Positions 40,076 through 50,078 of a stretch of DNA of 64,000 nt are shown here, piece after piece. The translations under genes were made by a program, and so were the position numbers. The notes beneath the pieces were generated by a model. That model did no database searches and was not told the origin of the DNA. It saw only the letters and a program-made list of their open reading frames with translations. Origin of the DNA: a virus; the IMG/VR virus record IMGVR_UViG_3300028392_000041, positions 32,001-96,000 of that record, one strand, 5' to 3'. Position 1 is the stretch's first letter. Every line of letters begins with the position of its first letter.

Positions 40076-42106
40076 TTAAACAGTTGCGGTATCAAGATAA
40101 CCATAAGGCAAACCAAACAAGAAGCAAGCGTAGTCACGATCGCCATTTGCATCAGCAGAGTCCATGAGCCAAGCGATTACTCGCTCACGATTGGTGCCTG
40201 TATGCATCAGGTTTAATACTTTGTCCTCAAACTTCGCGATCGCTACTTTCTCGTCTGCGATTCGCTGAGTTTCTTCACGCATGATGACTTCAGCCAAGAA
40301 CTCAAATTCCTTCTCAAAGTCAGCCAGCGTCCACATGCTGGTGTCAATGCCACGAGGACGACTGCCGTAGGCATCTTTGTACATATCCCAGTACTGACAT
40401 TGGGCTTGCTCAAGAGGGGACATTTCGTTCCAAGATTGCATTTTCATTTCCTTTTCTGATTCAATAGAGTAATTATACAAGTATTTTGAATTAAAGTAAA
40501 GGGAAAACCCTTCACTCAGTAGGGTTATTCAGTAGGAACGCCAGCCAAGCCAAAAATCTCAAGAACCCCACCAGTAGGGTAGTCAGAGGGCACAGTCACG
40601 GTAGCCAGATTATCATAAGCCAAACCCCAATTAGCAAAGGGACCAGCCACAACCATTTTATTAGCAGTATCAATAATATAAAACATTCATTTCTCCTATT
40701 CAATAATACAATTATACCTCGACTGTGAATTAATGTAAAGGTCTTTTTATCGCTTGTAAGTCGTTGATTTCAAATGAGAAAAACCCACTGAAAAGTGGGT
40801 TTGAGGAAAAAACGGACTCTGTAGCGAGTTAAGCTACTTCATGGGGGTTTGCCTAGAAAGGCATGTTACCATCGATTTTGGTGATGCGTAGCGATAACTC
40901 TCGGCTGTCTGATACTTGTCTGCTCTCTAGTCGGTCTAGCCTGTGTTGTAGTGAGATTGTGCGAACAGCCAACAGAACCAAAGCGATCACTACCAGCGTA
41001 AAGGTCAAACCCCAGCCAGCGATAATGCCGTAGGTCAACATCCACAAATTATCTACTGTGTCTGTTAATAATCTAATTGTGTTCATCGTGTGAACTTTCT
41101 AATGATTGTGTGCCAATAGTAGCGGAAACTACGAATAACTATCCAATCAAAAATGTCATTGGACCATCCGACTTCTTTTGGCATGTTACCGTATGCCTTT
41201 TCGATTGTGTCCTTTTGTGTCATTGTCCGTCTTTCGTTTCCCAGATTGCGTTGTCCGCAACGAATTGGTTGTTTGGTAGTGATCGTTCAGGAATAACATT
41301 ATAGTCATCCCAATTCTTTTCTTTCATTGCTGGTTCAGCTCTTGCCTTTGACGCAAACTTACCCATCTCTGATATAATCCATCTGCTCTGTTCAGCTACA
41401 GGGCTGTCGGACTTCAAAAATTCTGTTTGTTTCTTTGACTTTTCCATGCGTTCTTTTTGTGAGAACACACGATGGTTGCCGCAACTACGACAACAATATG
41501 GACCACGCTTCTTATGTAGTGTTCCGCAGTGAGGACACTGCTTTTCGCGATAGCCAGCCATTACACAATGTCCTTTGTTGCTTTCCAATCATCCCATGGA
41601 CATTTCTCTGGATTCCAAAATTCACACTCACAAACATATCTACCTGCGTTATGACTTTCGTTACGCATAAACCCATGTGGCGCATCAGGATGTGGGTTAC
41701 ACTTTGATGCTTCTTCTCTGTCCTCAGTTGTGAAAGTAGTCATAGTGGATAATTTCTTTTTTTGGCAAATTCTTCTGCTTCTTCATGCGAGCAAAGTTTA
41801 TCTTCTTTAGCCCATGTTAGCGCTTGTTCTTCGCTATCGAAATATGGGCTGATAACACCACTGCCTTCTTCGCGAACCCAGAAGTAGGTATATGTGCTCA
41901 TGCCAGCATCTCTATACTTTATCAGCTTCACCTTGTGTTCCTGTTACACGCATTCGGTCTTCAACTATTTTAAATGCTTCATCTTCAAGTTCAGCATCCT
42001 GAATTTCTTTAGGACTTTTCTTAAAGATGTTGTCCCAACGATTATCAAATTCTTCTTTGCTTATACTATATGGTCTTGGCGTAGACCCTTTACCACCATC
42101 AGACAT
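40076..42106 (-). other. Small hypothetical early ORFs (40076-40447, 40525-40686, 40853-41086, 41220-41588, 41561-41743, 41740-41931, 41912-42106)
   Basis: Packed minus-strand ORFs; 41220 has CxxC zinc-finger motifs. Confidence 0.55.
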
Positions 42107-42373
42107 TTAATCCTCCAATACAGCTACAATATTGTCTTCGTCAACGATAACCCTTTGGGCATCACCAATCTTTACTACCTGTGCTTTGCTCCACTCAAGC
42201 ATAATAACATCACCTACTTTTACCAGTGTTACTTTTGGTCCGATTGCGAGTACTGTTCCCTGCTTTGAGTCTCGGTTGCTTGTCGTTCCGTCCAGAATGA
42301 TTCCGCTTTCCGTTGTCTGTTCCGCTTTGTTTTCTGCTACTAGGACTTTCTTTTTCAGTGGTGTCACTATCAT
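42107..42373 (-). CDS. GroES-like co-chaperonin
   Basis: PL..KVLV, TTESGIIL, GTVLAIGP, VKVGD, EDNIVAV. Confidence 0.88.
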   Translation of the reverse strand: MIVTPLKKKVLVAENKAEQTTESGIILDGTTSNRDSKQGTVLAIGPKVTLVKVGDVIMLEWSKAQVVKIGDAQRVIVDEDNIVAVLED

Positions 42374-43121
42374 ATGCTTGCGCCTTATTATATTGTTGTT
42401 GAGTAATTTCTTTATACTTATATGATTCAATCCAGAATATGCTGGCTTGAAAGTCTAGCATTGATTTTAAATTGTAACCACGACAATTAATCTTGTGTTT
42501 GAATCCATCTTTCCAAACAACATCAATCTGATAGTAGTTATCTCTTACCAACTATCTACTCCTGTTATCTCAGTAGTAAATGTTCCATTCAAATCATCTT
42601 GACTGAATGGAACAGCAGCAGTCAGTCTATAACCGATACCATTTCCTGTGTCTCGTGTTAGTGTGACCATCGTTGCTTCAGGAAATTTCTCAAGGATCTC
42701 TTTGAGTTTATCAATTTCATCAGTGAATAGGGGGATAGTTACTGTTGTCATGCCATAATCCATGCGTATATGATTTCAAATAATACATCAACAGGAAGAT
42801 TTTCTTGTGGGATTGGATGTACCATATTAATCTTCGTCAGTTGCAGGTGTGTTCTTACAGTGTCGCACAAAGGCAGTAGCTGCAACAACTGCTCCAAGTA
42901 TAACACCGATAAGTAATGCGATTAGAATTTCTTGAGTCATATCATTTCCTTATATTATATCATTATATCTTAAGACTGCGGGATTGTCAACTCCCGTGAT
43001 TTGTAATATTTGTACATTCTTACAAAAGATGCGAATCGAAGTGGCTCATGCTCGAAATTTGGCAACTCACCAAAATGTTCGAGCATCGCATTATAAAATT
43101 GGATTGCTTCTTCGTCTGTCA

Positions 43122-43289
43122 CTAATACTTATACCCATTCTGGTCAGCCCAATCATATGCTTCTTGTTTTGAATTGAAGTATGGTGGACCAACTCGTTGT
43201 GTCGGATCATTAATTTGAACCCAATAAAAAATTAAAATTTTTGGACCTGGATCTTTGTATGTTACGAGTTTAATCGTTGCAACAGCCAT
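43122..43289 (-). CDS. Small hypothetical protein, paralog of 41740-41931
   Basis: MAVATIKLVTYKDPGPKILIFYWVQINDPTQRVGPPYFNSKQEAYDWADQNGYKY* shares KL..Y.D.G, [FY]WV and PYF.S...A..WA. Confidence 0.6.
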   Translation of the reverse strand: MAVATIKLVTYKDPGPKILIFYWVQINDPTQRVGPPYFNSKQEAYDWADQNGYKY

Positions 43290-43290
43290 G

Positions 43291-43542
43291 TTATTCTCCT
43301 AACCATTCTAACAATTCTTTTTCTTGTAGCATACCAGAGATTCGTTTAATTTCTTTTTCTTCTTTATCAACCATAATCAGTGTTGGTACTGATCTAACAT
43401 TAAAGTTTGCTGACATGAACACATTATTATCAATATCAACTTCTTCAATTGGCATTGTGATTTTATCACCAGCACCTTTGATTACCATTGATAAACCTTG
43501 ACATGGACCACACCATGCTGCTTGAAATTTTAATACTTTCAT
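43291..43542 (-). CDS. Thioredoxin
   Basis: WCGPC, VRSVPTL. Confidence 0.92.
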   Translation of the reverse strand: MKVLKFQAAWCGPCQGLSMVIKGAGDKITMPIEEVDIDNNVFMSANFNVRSVPTLIMVDKEEKEIKRISGMLQEKELLEWLGE

Positions 43543-44141
43543 AGTTTTCCTTTAAATGTAAAATTCATTGATATACTTATTCTATTTTCAGTACTCATGT
43601 TTGTGTCAACCATGTGTTGCAAATTAGATCTAAAAATTACTAAATTGCATTCTTCTGGTACAATATGATATGTGCTATAAGAAGCATCAGTAGCTGTAAC
43701 AACAGGTAGTGGAAACATATTACTAAATGCTTCATGACTTTTGAATCTAATACTACCACAATTTTTTGGTGCTTTCACATAATAAGCACAACTAAAGTGG
43801 CTCGAGTCGTGGTTATGATACTCTTGAAAATTTCCTTTCTCCGAGACATTTACCCATCCATTTACTCTCTCAAAGATTTCGGTTTCAACTCCAAATAATT
43901 TTGAAAATTTAATTACTTCAGATTTACACGCAGAAACAAAAGAAGATGCCATTGGGTCTTTAGTGATATCATACTTATTTACAGTTGAATATGTGTTACA
44001 GTTCCATACATCATCAGCTTTGATTGTGTTTTTTAATTCAATTGATTTTGTTTCAACTTTTCTGTTAAATTCAGAAAATTGAGATAATCTCGCAACATGA
44101 ATCAATGTTGGAAACAATGGTATAATTGATGACTGTGTCAT
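43539..44141 (-). CDS. 2OG-Fe(II) oxygenase (TIGR02466-like)
   Basis: HNH, LQHMV, RISISMN. Confidence 0.85.
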   Translation of the reverse strand: MTQSSIIPLFPTLIHVARLSQFSEFNRKVETKSIELKNTIKADDVWNCNTYSTVNKYDITKDPMASSFVSACKSEVIKFSKLFGVETEIFERVNGWVNVSEKGNFQEYHNHDSSHFSCAYYVKAPKNCGSIRFKSHEAFSNMFPLPVVTATDASYSTYHIVPEECNLVIFRSNLQHMVDTNMSTENRISISMNFTFKGKL

Positions 44142-44896
44142 TTTTTAAAACCAAATGGACATTTCTTCGGAAAGAACTTATCTTTGAAGAATTTAACTGT
44201 GGCTTGCGCCATTGTGTAGTTTTGTTCCATATTATTATTGCTCACAAAATGTTTTAATGCAACGCAAGATTCAACAGTTTTACGCATATCATCAGTAAAC
44301 TCTGTTCTTATCATGTTTACTTTTTTATTGTTGTGTGGAGTAAACCTTAGATACATGAGCGGATCTCCTCTCTTGAACACAATAGGTTTAGATGGATCTT
44401 TGATTTCGCCACCAAAGTGTACTGGTCTGATCCACTTTGAAATATCAAACTGCCCTGTCAGTATTCTCATGTTATCAATATTGTCTTCAGTACCAACTTC
44501 CATGTTTGGTACTAACATTTCCATAAGACAAGACTCTTTTGTAACAAACAAATAGTTATACCCAAGAGTAAACATATAAAATGTTTTATTGTCTTCTTCT
44601 TTAAAATGTACGAAATTGTCATAGAATTTCTGCCCCATTCTATTCGTCTGAATGAATTTCTTTCCATGAACATCAACACCAGTTGTAATTGTTACATCAA
44701 CAGGAGATTTTATGACAAATGTATTTTTATAATAATCTTGAACAACTGGACACTTTAAAAATGTGCTATCCCTTTGAGAAGCAATTCTTTTAAATGCTGG
44801 CTCTGGTTCAAACCAAGCAAGGTTTTCCCATGTTGGGTCATTTCCATCCTTGTTCATGACTGGTGTCCAGTAAATATCAACAGGTTTGTTAAACAT
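44138..44896 (-). CDS. Hypothetical protein of phage oxygenase arrays
   Basis: KCP, GQFDISKWIRP, FKRGDPL. Confidence 0.55.
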   Translation of the reverse strand: MFNKPVDIYWTPVMNKDGNDPTWENLAWFEPEPAFKRIASQRDSTFLKCPVVQDYYKNTFVIKSPVDVTITTGVDVHGKKFIQTNRMGQKFYDNFVHFKEEDNKTFYMFTLGYNYLFVTKESCLMEMLVPNMEVGTEDNIDNMRILTGQFDISKWIRPVHFGGEIKDPSKPIVFKRGDPLMYLRFTPHNNKKVNMIRTEFTDDMRKTVESCVALKHFVSNNNMEQNYTMAQATVKFFKDKFFPKKCPFGFKK

Positions 44897-45482
44897 TCGA
44901 TAATCCAAGTATAGGTCTTTTATCAAATTTAAAATCAGCGTAAATTCCATTGGCATCAACATAGTGCAGAAACACCTGTATTTGTTTCTTACCATTATAT
45001 TGGTTTCTCCAATGTTTTAGTTTATCTCCACTATAAACAACCATTGTTCCAACTGGTAATACTAAAGCACTTGTCGCACCAGCAAGATTTTCCATCCAAA
45101 TTTCCCATGGTCCAGTTTCATCAACTTCTATGGTAATGGTAGCTGAGTATTGGCAAGATGGTCTGTCAGTGTGTGCTGCCATCGTTGCTTCATTATAGTA
45201 AATTCTACTATAAGAATAGGCTGGGTATAATGTTTTACCTGTTACTTGTTCAATGATTGGCTGTAGTTGAATTAACAGTGCTTCAGTTGCAATGGCGCCA
45301 TACCAAGCAAAAGATTTATCCACTTGTCTGTCTCCGAATGCATATTTATTATTTTGATCTGCGTTTTTTGTGAAATATACTAAATCTTTTACCAACTCCA
45401 ATTCAATTGCCAAATGTTCAGCTGTTTGTTTACTGAGTGCTTCATGAACAACTTCGTAACCAAGTTCATCAAATGTTTTCAT
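44889..45482 (-). CDS. 2OG-Fe(II) oxygenase
   Basis: HTDRPSC, HWR, QVFLHY. Confidence 0.85.
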   Translation of the reverse strand: MKTFDELGYEVVHEALSKQTAEHLAIELELVKDLVYFTKNADQNNKYAFGDRQVDKSFAWYGAIATEALLIQLQPIIEQVTGKTLYPAYSYSRIYYNEATMAAHTDRPSCQYSATITIEVDETGPWEIWMENLAGATSALVLPVGTMVVYSGDKLKHWRNQYNGKKQIQVFLHYVDANGIYADFKFDKRPILGLSNV

Positions 45483-46093
45483 TTTGTTTTTTCAATAAAA
45501 TTAAAATTAATGACAACTCTTCTATCAGTATCCACTGGATTGGTGCTAGAGTGATATTGCCAACCATCAAAAATAACCATCTTATTTGCTTTTGGTGTTA
45601 CTGTTTCTTTTACAGTTACATTTTTGTTTAACACAGTATTATAATATATTTGAGATTGATTTTCAGTCAAATCGCCACCAATATCTTTAAACATCTCATT
45701 ATAAAACAATGTGTCGCCATCGCTGTCATTTACATAAATCAATCCAGTTTTATGTGGAAATGGCCAATCAACATGTGGTGTATCGATATGATATTTTTCT
45801 TTTGATGTTATCATCCCAAGTCTAATTCTAATTAATGTTTCAACTTCAATATTTTGTGCGTCAAGAGCAGTTAAAATTGCTGTAAATAGTGGAGAGCATA
45901 AGTCCGATGTTGGCTTACCATCATGAACAGCATGCATAAAACTGTAATTATATTTGTCGTATTTTTCTCCATTTTCGTAGGCAGTTTTTCCATAGTACCA
46001 AGGAAGATATCGATCCATAATTTTATCTTCAAGATATTTAAATGTTGAAGGACTAAAAGCATTCTCAACAATAATCATTTTATACTCTTTCAA
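45479..46093 (-). CDS. 2OG-Fe(II) oxygenase
   Basis: PHVD, YVNDSDGDT, FDG..YHSS, RVVINFN. Confidence 0.85.
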   Translation of the reverse strand: MKEYKMIIVENAFSPSTFKYLEDKIMDRYLPWYYGKTAYENGEKYDKYNYSFMHAVHDGKPTSDLCSPLFTAILTALDAQNIEVETLIRIRLGMITSKEKYHIDTPHVDWPFPHKTGLIYVNDSDGDTLFYNEMFKDIGGDLTENQSQIYYNTVLNKNVTVKETVTPKANKMVIFDGWQYHSSTNPVDTDRRVVINFNFIEKTK

Positions 46094-46625
46094 ATTTAAT
46101 GTTAAACTCTAGAGCAACTTTATCTGTTTCTGATTTATTTTCTTCTTCCCCACGAGGTAACCAAGCAGGAAACAAAATAAGTTTACCAACTTCTGGAGTG
46201 AATCCAACATCATACTGATAAGAAGTTGGGTACCAGTTTCTTGAATTCACGAATGGATTTTCAACAAAAAACATTCCGTCGTTTCCTGTTGTTTTAAAAT
46301 AATAAACACCAGAAATATCTGCTTCTTGTTCAGAAGAATATGACTCAACCTTTTCTCCTGGTTTAACTACACGGAATGAACTCATGTATCCAAAACTTAA
46401 TGGCTTTTCTGGTTTAAATCCAATGTCAGATTTTATTTCTTTTAAATAGGAAAAAACATGCGTCATAGCATGTAATCTAAAATTATTAAGAGAATGTTGA
46501 TCAATAATATTACCAGAAAAATCGTTTGAGTCGTACGCATCAGAAAGTTCTTTCTGAACAACACCAAGGAACTCATTATCAATTCTTGATGTATATATTT
46601 GTGTACCAAACCAATTGTCAATCAT
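46080..46625 (-). CDS. Degenerate 2OG-Fe(II) oxygenase-like protein
   Basis: ISGVYY and LILFPAWL scaffold present, but both iron-binding His positions are replaced. Confidence 0.65.
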   Translation of the reverse strand: MIDNWFGTQIYTSRIDNEFLGVVQKELSDAYDSNDFSGNIIDQHSLNNFRLHAMTHVFSYLKEIKSDIGFKPEKPLSFGYMSSFRVVKPGEKVESYSSEQEADISGVYYFKTTGNDGMFFVENPFVNSRNWYPTSYQYDVGFTPEVGKLILFPAWLPRGEEENKSETDKVALEFNIKFERV

Positions 46626-46633
46626 AGCATTTC

Positions 46634-47827
46634 CTATTTAAAATAATTATATCCGAAGTTTGTATCTAATGTTACCAGATGTCTAGGCGACCAACCCCAT
46701 GTTGGTTCAAGTGCCCAAAGTTTGTTTCTTGTATATCTCTGCATAACAGGGCGAATCTCTAAAAATTCTTTACACTTAAACAATTTCTCTGACTCTGATT
46801 TAATAACTCTCTGCCAAAATGGTGTATCATAAACAGAACCACCATGGTAATGATATGATATCATGTTAGCAATTCCCTCTGCTGTTCTAACAAAATCTGC
46901 GTTGGCTTTCTCTTTATTGGTGTTACCCAATATGTAGTCGAATGCCAATCGATTGATTCTGTCGTATAGGAATCCAGAGTTTGCAAACAATGGTTCCATA
47001 AACGCAGCAGAGTTGCCATTCTTAATTATTCTTTTGCCAATAAACTCTTTTTTCCAGTAGAAGTTAAAAGTATACTCTATTTTCTGTAGTTCGTCAAGTG
47101 GAACATCAATTTCTTTTGCAAAATTTTCTCTGGCTTGTTCAACTGTTGTATCATTGTCATTAAACAAGTAACCATAACTGGTTCTGCTCAGAAGAGGAAT
47201 AGTAAACATCCAGCCATCCTTGGTTGCTGTATGTCCAGTCCATGTTGGTTCATATTTTGTTGCGATAACAGTTTTCTTGTTGTGCACCAAAGCATGGTTC
47301 ACTGGCGCATCAGTTATAACAGTATATCCTTCATAAGATTTCGGAAATCCAGTACAATCAATAACATACTCAAATTGATGTTCAACTCCATTGATTTTCA
47401 TAGTAACATAATCATCACTATCAACCATGTCTGTTACAGTTCCAGTAATTTCTTTAAATTTTTGACCCCAAAGTTTAGGGAATCGCTCAAACGCAAATTC
47501 TTTTAATTTAAATGTATTAAGGTGTATTGCTGCTGTTCCATTTAATAGTGGATTCTTAAACTCATTACCACGCCAGTTCTTATAGTGTGTTCCATATTTT
47601 AATGTTCCATCTAACAATTCTGAATCGCGAATTAAATCAAAATCTAAACCCCATTCTATCGCATTCGTAAATGTTGGGTTGGTGCTTTCACCAATCCCGA
47701 CGATGGGAATATTATTATCGTAGATTGAAGTAATTTCCCAGTCTTCGTTTAACCAAGAAAGAAAATGACATAGTGCCTGAATACCTGCGGTGCCAATCCC
47801 AATTACTGCCAGTTTTCTGTTATACAT
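46634..47827 (-). CDS. Flavin-dependent tryptophan-halogenase-like protein
   Basis: GIGTAG, GIGEST, IDCTGF, GWMFTIPL, FMEPL. Confidence 0.8.
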   Translation of the reverse strand: MYNRKLAVIGIGTAGIQALCHFLSWLNEDWEITSIYDNNIPIVGIGESTNPTFTNAIEWGLDFDLIRDSELLDGTLKYGTHYKNWRGNEFKNPLLNGTAAIHLNTFKLKEFAFERFPKLWGQKFKEITGTVTDMVDSDDYVTMKINGVEHQFEYVIDCTGFPKSYEGYTVITDAPVNHALVHNKKTVIATKYEPTWTGHTATKDGWMFTIPLLSRTSYGYLFNDNDTTVEQARENFAKEIDVPLDELQKIEYTFNFYWKKEFIGKRIIKNGNSAAFMEPLFANSGFLYDRINRLAFDYILGNTNKEKANADFVRTAEGIANMISYHYHGGSVYDTPFWQRVIKSESEKLFKCKEFLEIRPVMQRYTRNKLWALEPTWGWSPRHLVTLDTNFGYNYFK

Positions 47828-48413
47828 GTAATCCCTTAATTGTCATTACATCGATGTTTATAATACATCGAACATTATTTTTAGGTTGTTCCGCTGTATG
47901 ATACATACTACCATCAAACAAAACAACCCTACCTTGTTTCGGTGTTATTCTTTGAACTAAATCGTGATCTTCTATACTACATCCAGTTTCTAAAACACCA
48001 TTCTCTTTATACTTAGATGAAATTAAAGTATCACCATCAGAATCAAACACATAGTATAAAATAACTAGATGATCGATATGCGTGTCTATGTGTAAATCGT
48101 CCAGCTTCTTTGGAAGAAAATCTTGATTTAATGGGAGTTGAAGAAACGATCTTGCCCTTAGAACGGAAGATGTTTGAATTCCTGCTTGCTCGCAACCATA
48201 ATGCACCAGAGGAGCAAAGAAATTCCAATGTGGACTACAGACAGTACCATTTTCGGCAACAAAAACATGCCTAAATCCAGGAGAATTATTGATAACTTTC
48301 GTTGGGTCAGTTATGTCGTGAGTATAGTACCAACCAAACTCATTACTTCTTACGAGCTGTTTTATGTGCTCTTGATACGATACTGGGATAAAATTGTCAA
48401 TTATTTTAATCAT
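47820..48413 (-). CDS. 2OG-Fe(II) oxygenase
   Basis: HID, YYVFDSDGDT, FDGSMYH, R.IIN. Confidence 0.85.
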   Translation of the reverse strand: MIKIIDNFIPVSYQEHIKQLVRSNEFGWYYTHDITDPTKVINNSPGFRHVFVAENGTVCSPHWNFFAPLVHYGCEQAGIQTSSVLRARSFLQLPLNQDFLPKKLDDLHIDTHIDHLVILYYVFDSDGDTLISSKYKENGVLETGCSIEDHDLVQRITPKQGRVVLFDGSMYHTAEQPKNNVRCIINIDVMTIKGLHV

Positions 48414-48416
48414 TAG

Positions 48417-48983
48417 TCATTCAACATAATTAAGCCAACCAGTAATTATATATTTTTCCTGAGTTGGTGAAGTAATTCCTCTGTGAGTAAATGTCCAATC
48501 TGCTGGCCAAATCAATGTTAAACCTTTTTCTGGTTTAATTTTTATTTTTTGATGGAAAAATTCTGTTTCTCCTCCATCAGTAACAGTATTTAGATATGTC
48601 ATAAAGACCAAATGTCTTGAACAATGTGGTTCTTTAGTTTTTGCTCGTTCAGTATGCCAAGCAACGAACCCTTCATTTGGTTTATAGTGTTGTACATTTG
48701 CTGCTTGTATAACTTTGAACGGAGAATAGTGATTACAAAATGGATATTCTTTTATATACTCATCAATAGATTTTTGTAAATAATTACTATATTCTTTTAT
48801 TATATCACCACTGAGCATTACATCAGTGCTTTGTTTAATCGACTTGTCAACACCAGCAGTAACTTTTCCAGGTAACTTATCTGGACTGTCTTTATGAAAT
48901 TTAATAAGTTGGTCTATAAGAGTAGTATCGTTGTACCAGCCACCAATAAAATTATAAAGTTGATTTACTGAATGTGAAAGCAT
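48417..48983 (-). CDS. 2OG-Fe(II) oxygenase (prolyl-4-hydroxylase-like)
   Basis: WHTE, YLN.V.DGGETEF, WPA..T.THRG, KYIITGW. Confidence 0.88.
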   Translation of the reverse strand: MLSHSVNQLYNFIGGWYNDTTLIDQLIKFHKDSPDKLPGKVTAGVDKSIKQSTDVMLSGDIIKEYSNYLQKSIDEYIKEYPFCNHYSPFKVIQAANVQHYKPNEGFVAWHTERAKTKEPHCSRHLVFMTYLNTVTDGGETEFFHQKIKIKPEKGLTLIWPADWTFTHRGITSPTQEKYIITGWLNYVE

Positions 48984-48991
48984 AATATATT

Positions 48992-49065
48992 TGGTTGCGG
49001 AGGGCGGAATCGAACCACCAACTGAAGCATATGAAACTTCTGAGATACCGTTTCTCTACTCCGCG
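48992..49065 (-). tRNA. tRNA-Met(CAT), initiator-like
   Basis: Cloverleaf, C1:A72 mismatch, encoded CCA. Confidence 0.85.
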
Positions 49066-49070
49066 ATTGT

Positions 49071-49343
49071 TTAATATAATTTTTCAGGTAATTGTTGAGA
49101 ACGAATCTGCTTGCGCCATCTTGCCTTTGCTCTACCCTTTGCCAACTTTCTTTGAATAGATGGTTTAAGATATTCCTGACGATCGCGAAGTTCTTGCAAT
49201 AGACCATTCGCTTCAATCTTACGCTTGAACAGACGCAGTGCTTGTTCAAATCTACCATCTTGAACTTCTACCTTACTGCCATCGTAGCGTTTCTCTCGAT
49301 GTTTACCTCTGCCGTATTCTTTTTGCCTTTGCGGTATTGTCAA
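49071..49343 (-). CDS. rpsU: Ribosomal protein bS21
   Basis: FEQALRLFKRKIE..GLLQELRDRQEYLKPS..RK, C-terminal QQLPEKLY; AGGAGA RBS before TTG. Confidence 0.9.
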   Translation of the reverse strand: MTIPQRQKEYGRGKHREKRYDGSKVEVQDGRFEQALRLFKRKIEANGLLQELRDRQEYLKPSIQRKLAKGRAKARWRKQIRSQQLPEKLY

Positions 49344-49361
49344 ACTATTCTCCTAAAATTT

Positions 49362-49437
49362 TGGTGCCCCTCGACAGATTCGAACTGCCGACCTTCGCAT
49401 TACTAATGCGCTGCTCTACCAACTGAGCCAGAGGGGC
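49362..49437 (-). tRNA. tRNA-Thr(AGT)
   Basis: Cloverleaf, anticodon loop TT-AGT-AA, CCA. Confidence 0.88.
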
Positions 49438-49448
49438 GAGTAAAGTAT

Positions 49449-50078
49449 TTATACGATTCTCATTGTGTTTATTGAACACTTAGTAAGCGCATAATTAAAA
49501 CTTAATGAAATCCTACACTCATCTGTATCTGTTGTAAATCTATCAGTACAATGTTCTAACCAACTGGGAAACAGAAGCATCAAAGCGAACTCTGGTTTGT
49601 ATTTCCATGCCCTGTATGAGATTGGGGATTCTTTTATAAAATTTCCATGCTGCATCATTTTTGCTGGTCTTGGATCTATAAAAGATATATCGCCTATATC
49701 TTTGTCAGCTGGAACATTTAAGTAAACAACACCTGATAAAAATGAATTTGGGTGTTGATGTGTTCTGTGTCCATTTCCAGTATTTCCAATTTGAGAATTA
49801 CTCCACATACAAGAAAGACTCAAAGAATTTTGTTCTAGTCCCAATGCTTCTGTTGAGAATGATTGAACTTCATTATCAATGTGTTTAACTAATTCTTTAA
49901 ATTGTGATAGTGTGTTTAGATTATCTTTGGTGCTTCCTGATAAACTTTTAGAAAGAGATTCTTTATCAAGAAGTTTTTGAACTTCTTGTTTTGCAGTTGA
50001 ACATACACTATGATCTAGATTCGAGATCCCAATAGGTGTAGCAAATAAATTATCAACTCTTCTATGCATAATATTCAA
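49449..50078 (-). CDS. 2OG-Fe(II) oxygenase (TIGR02466-like)
   Basis: HQHPNS.LSGVVY, FPSWLEH, RISLSFN. Confidence 0.88.
   Translation of the reverse strand: MNIMHRRVDNLFATPIGISNLDHSVCSTAKQEVQKLLDKESLSKSLSGSTKDNLNTLSQFKELVKHIDNEVQSFSTEALGLEQNSLSLSCMWSNSQIGNTGNGHRTHQHPNSFLSGVVYLNVPADKDIGDISFIDPRPAKMMQHGNFIKESPISYRAWKYKPEFALMLLFPSWLEHCTDRFTTDTDECRISLSFNYALTKCSINTMRIV

Noticed and set aside
38455-40530. CRISPR-like array from the CCCTAC/GTAGGG repeats
   Set aside because: Spacing is hundreds of bp, irregular and filled with genes; no cas genes
43122-43289. Apparent frameshift in the A/T homopolymer stretch
   Set aside because: Recounting the bases shows the ORF is intact
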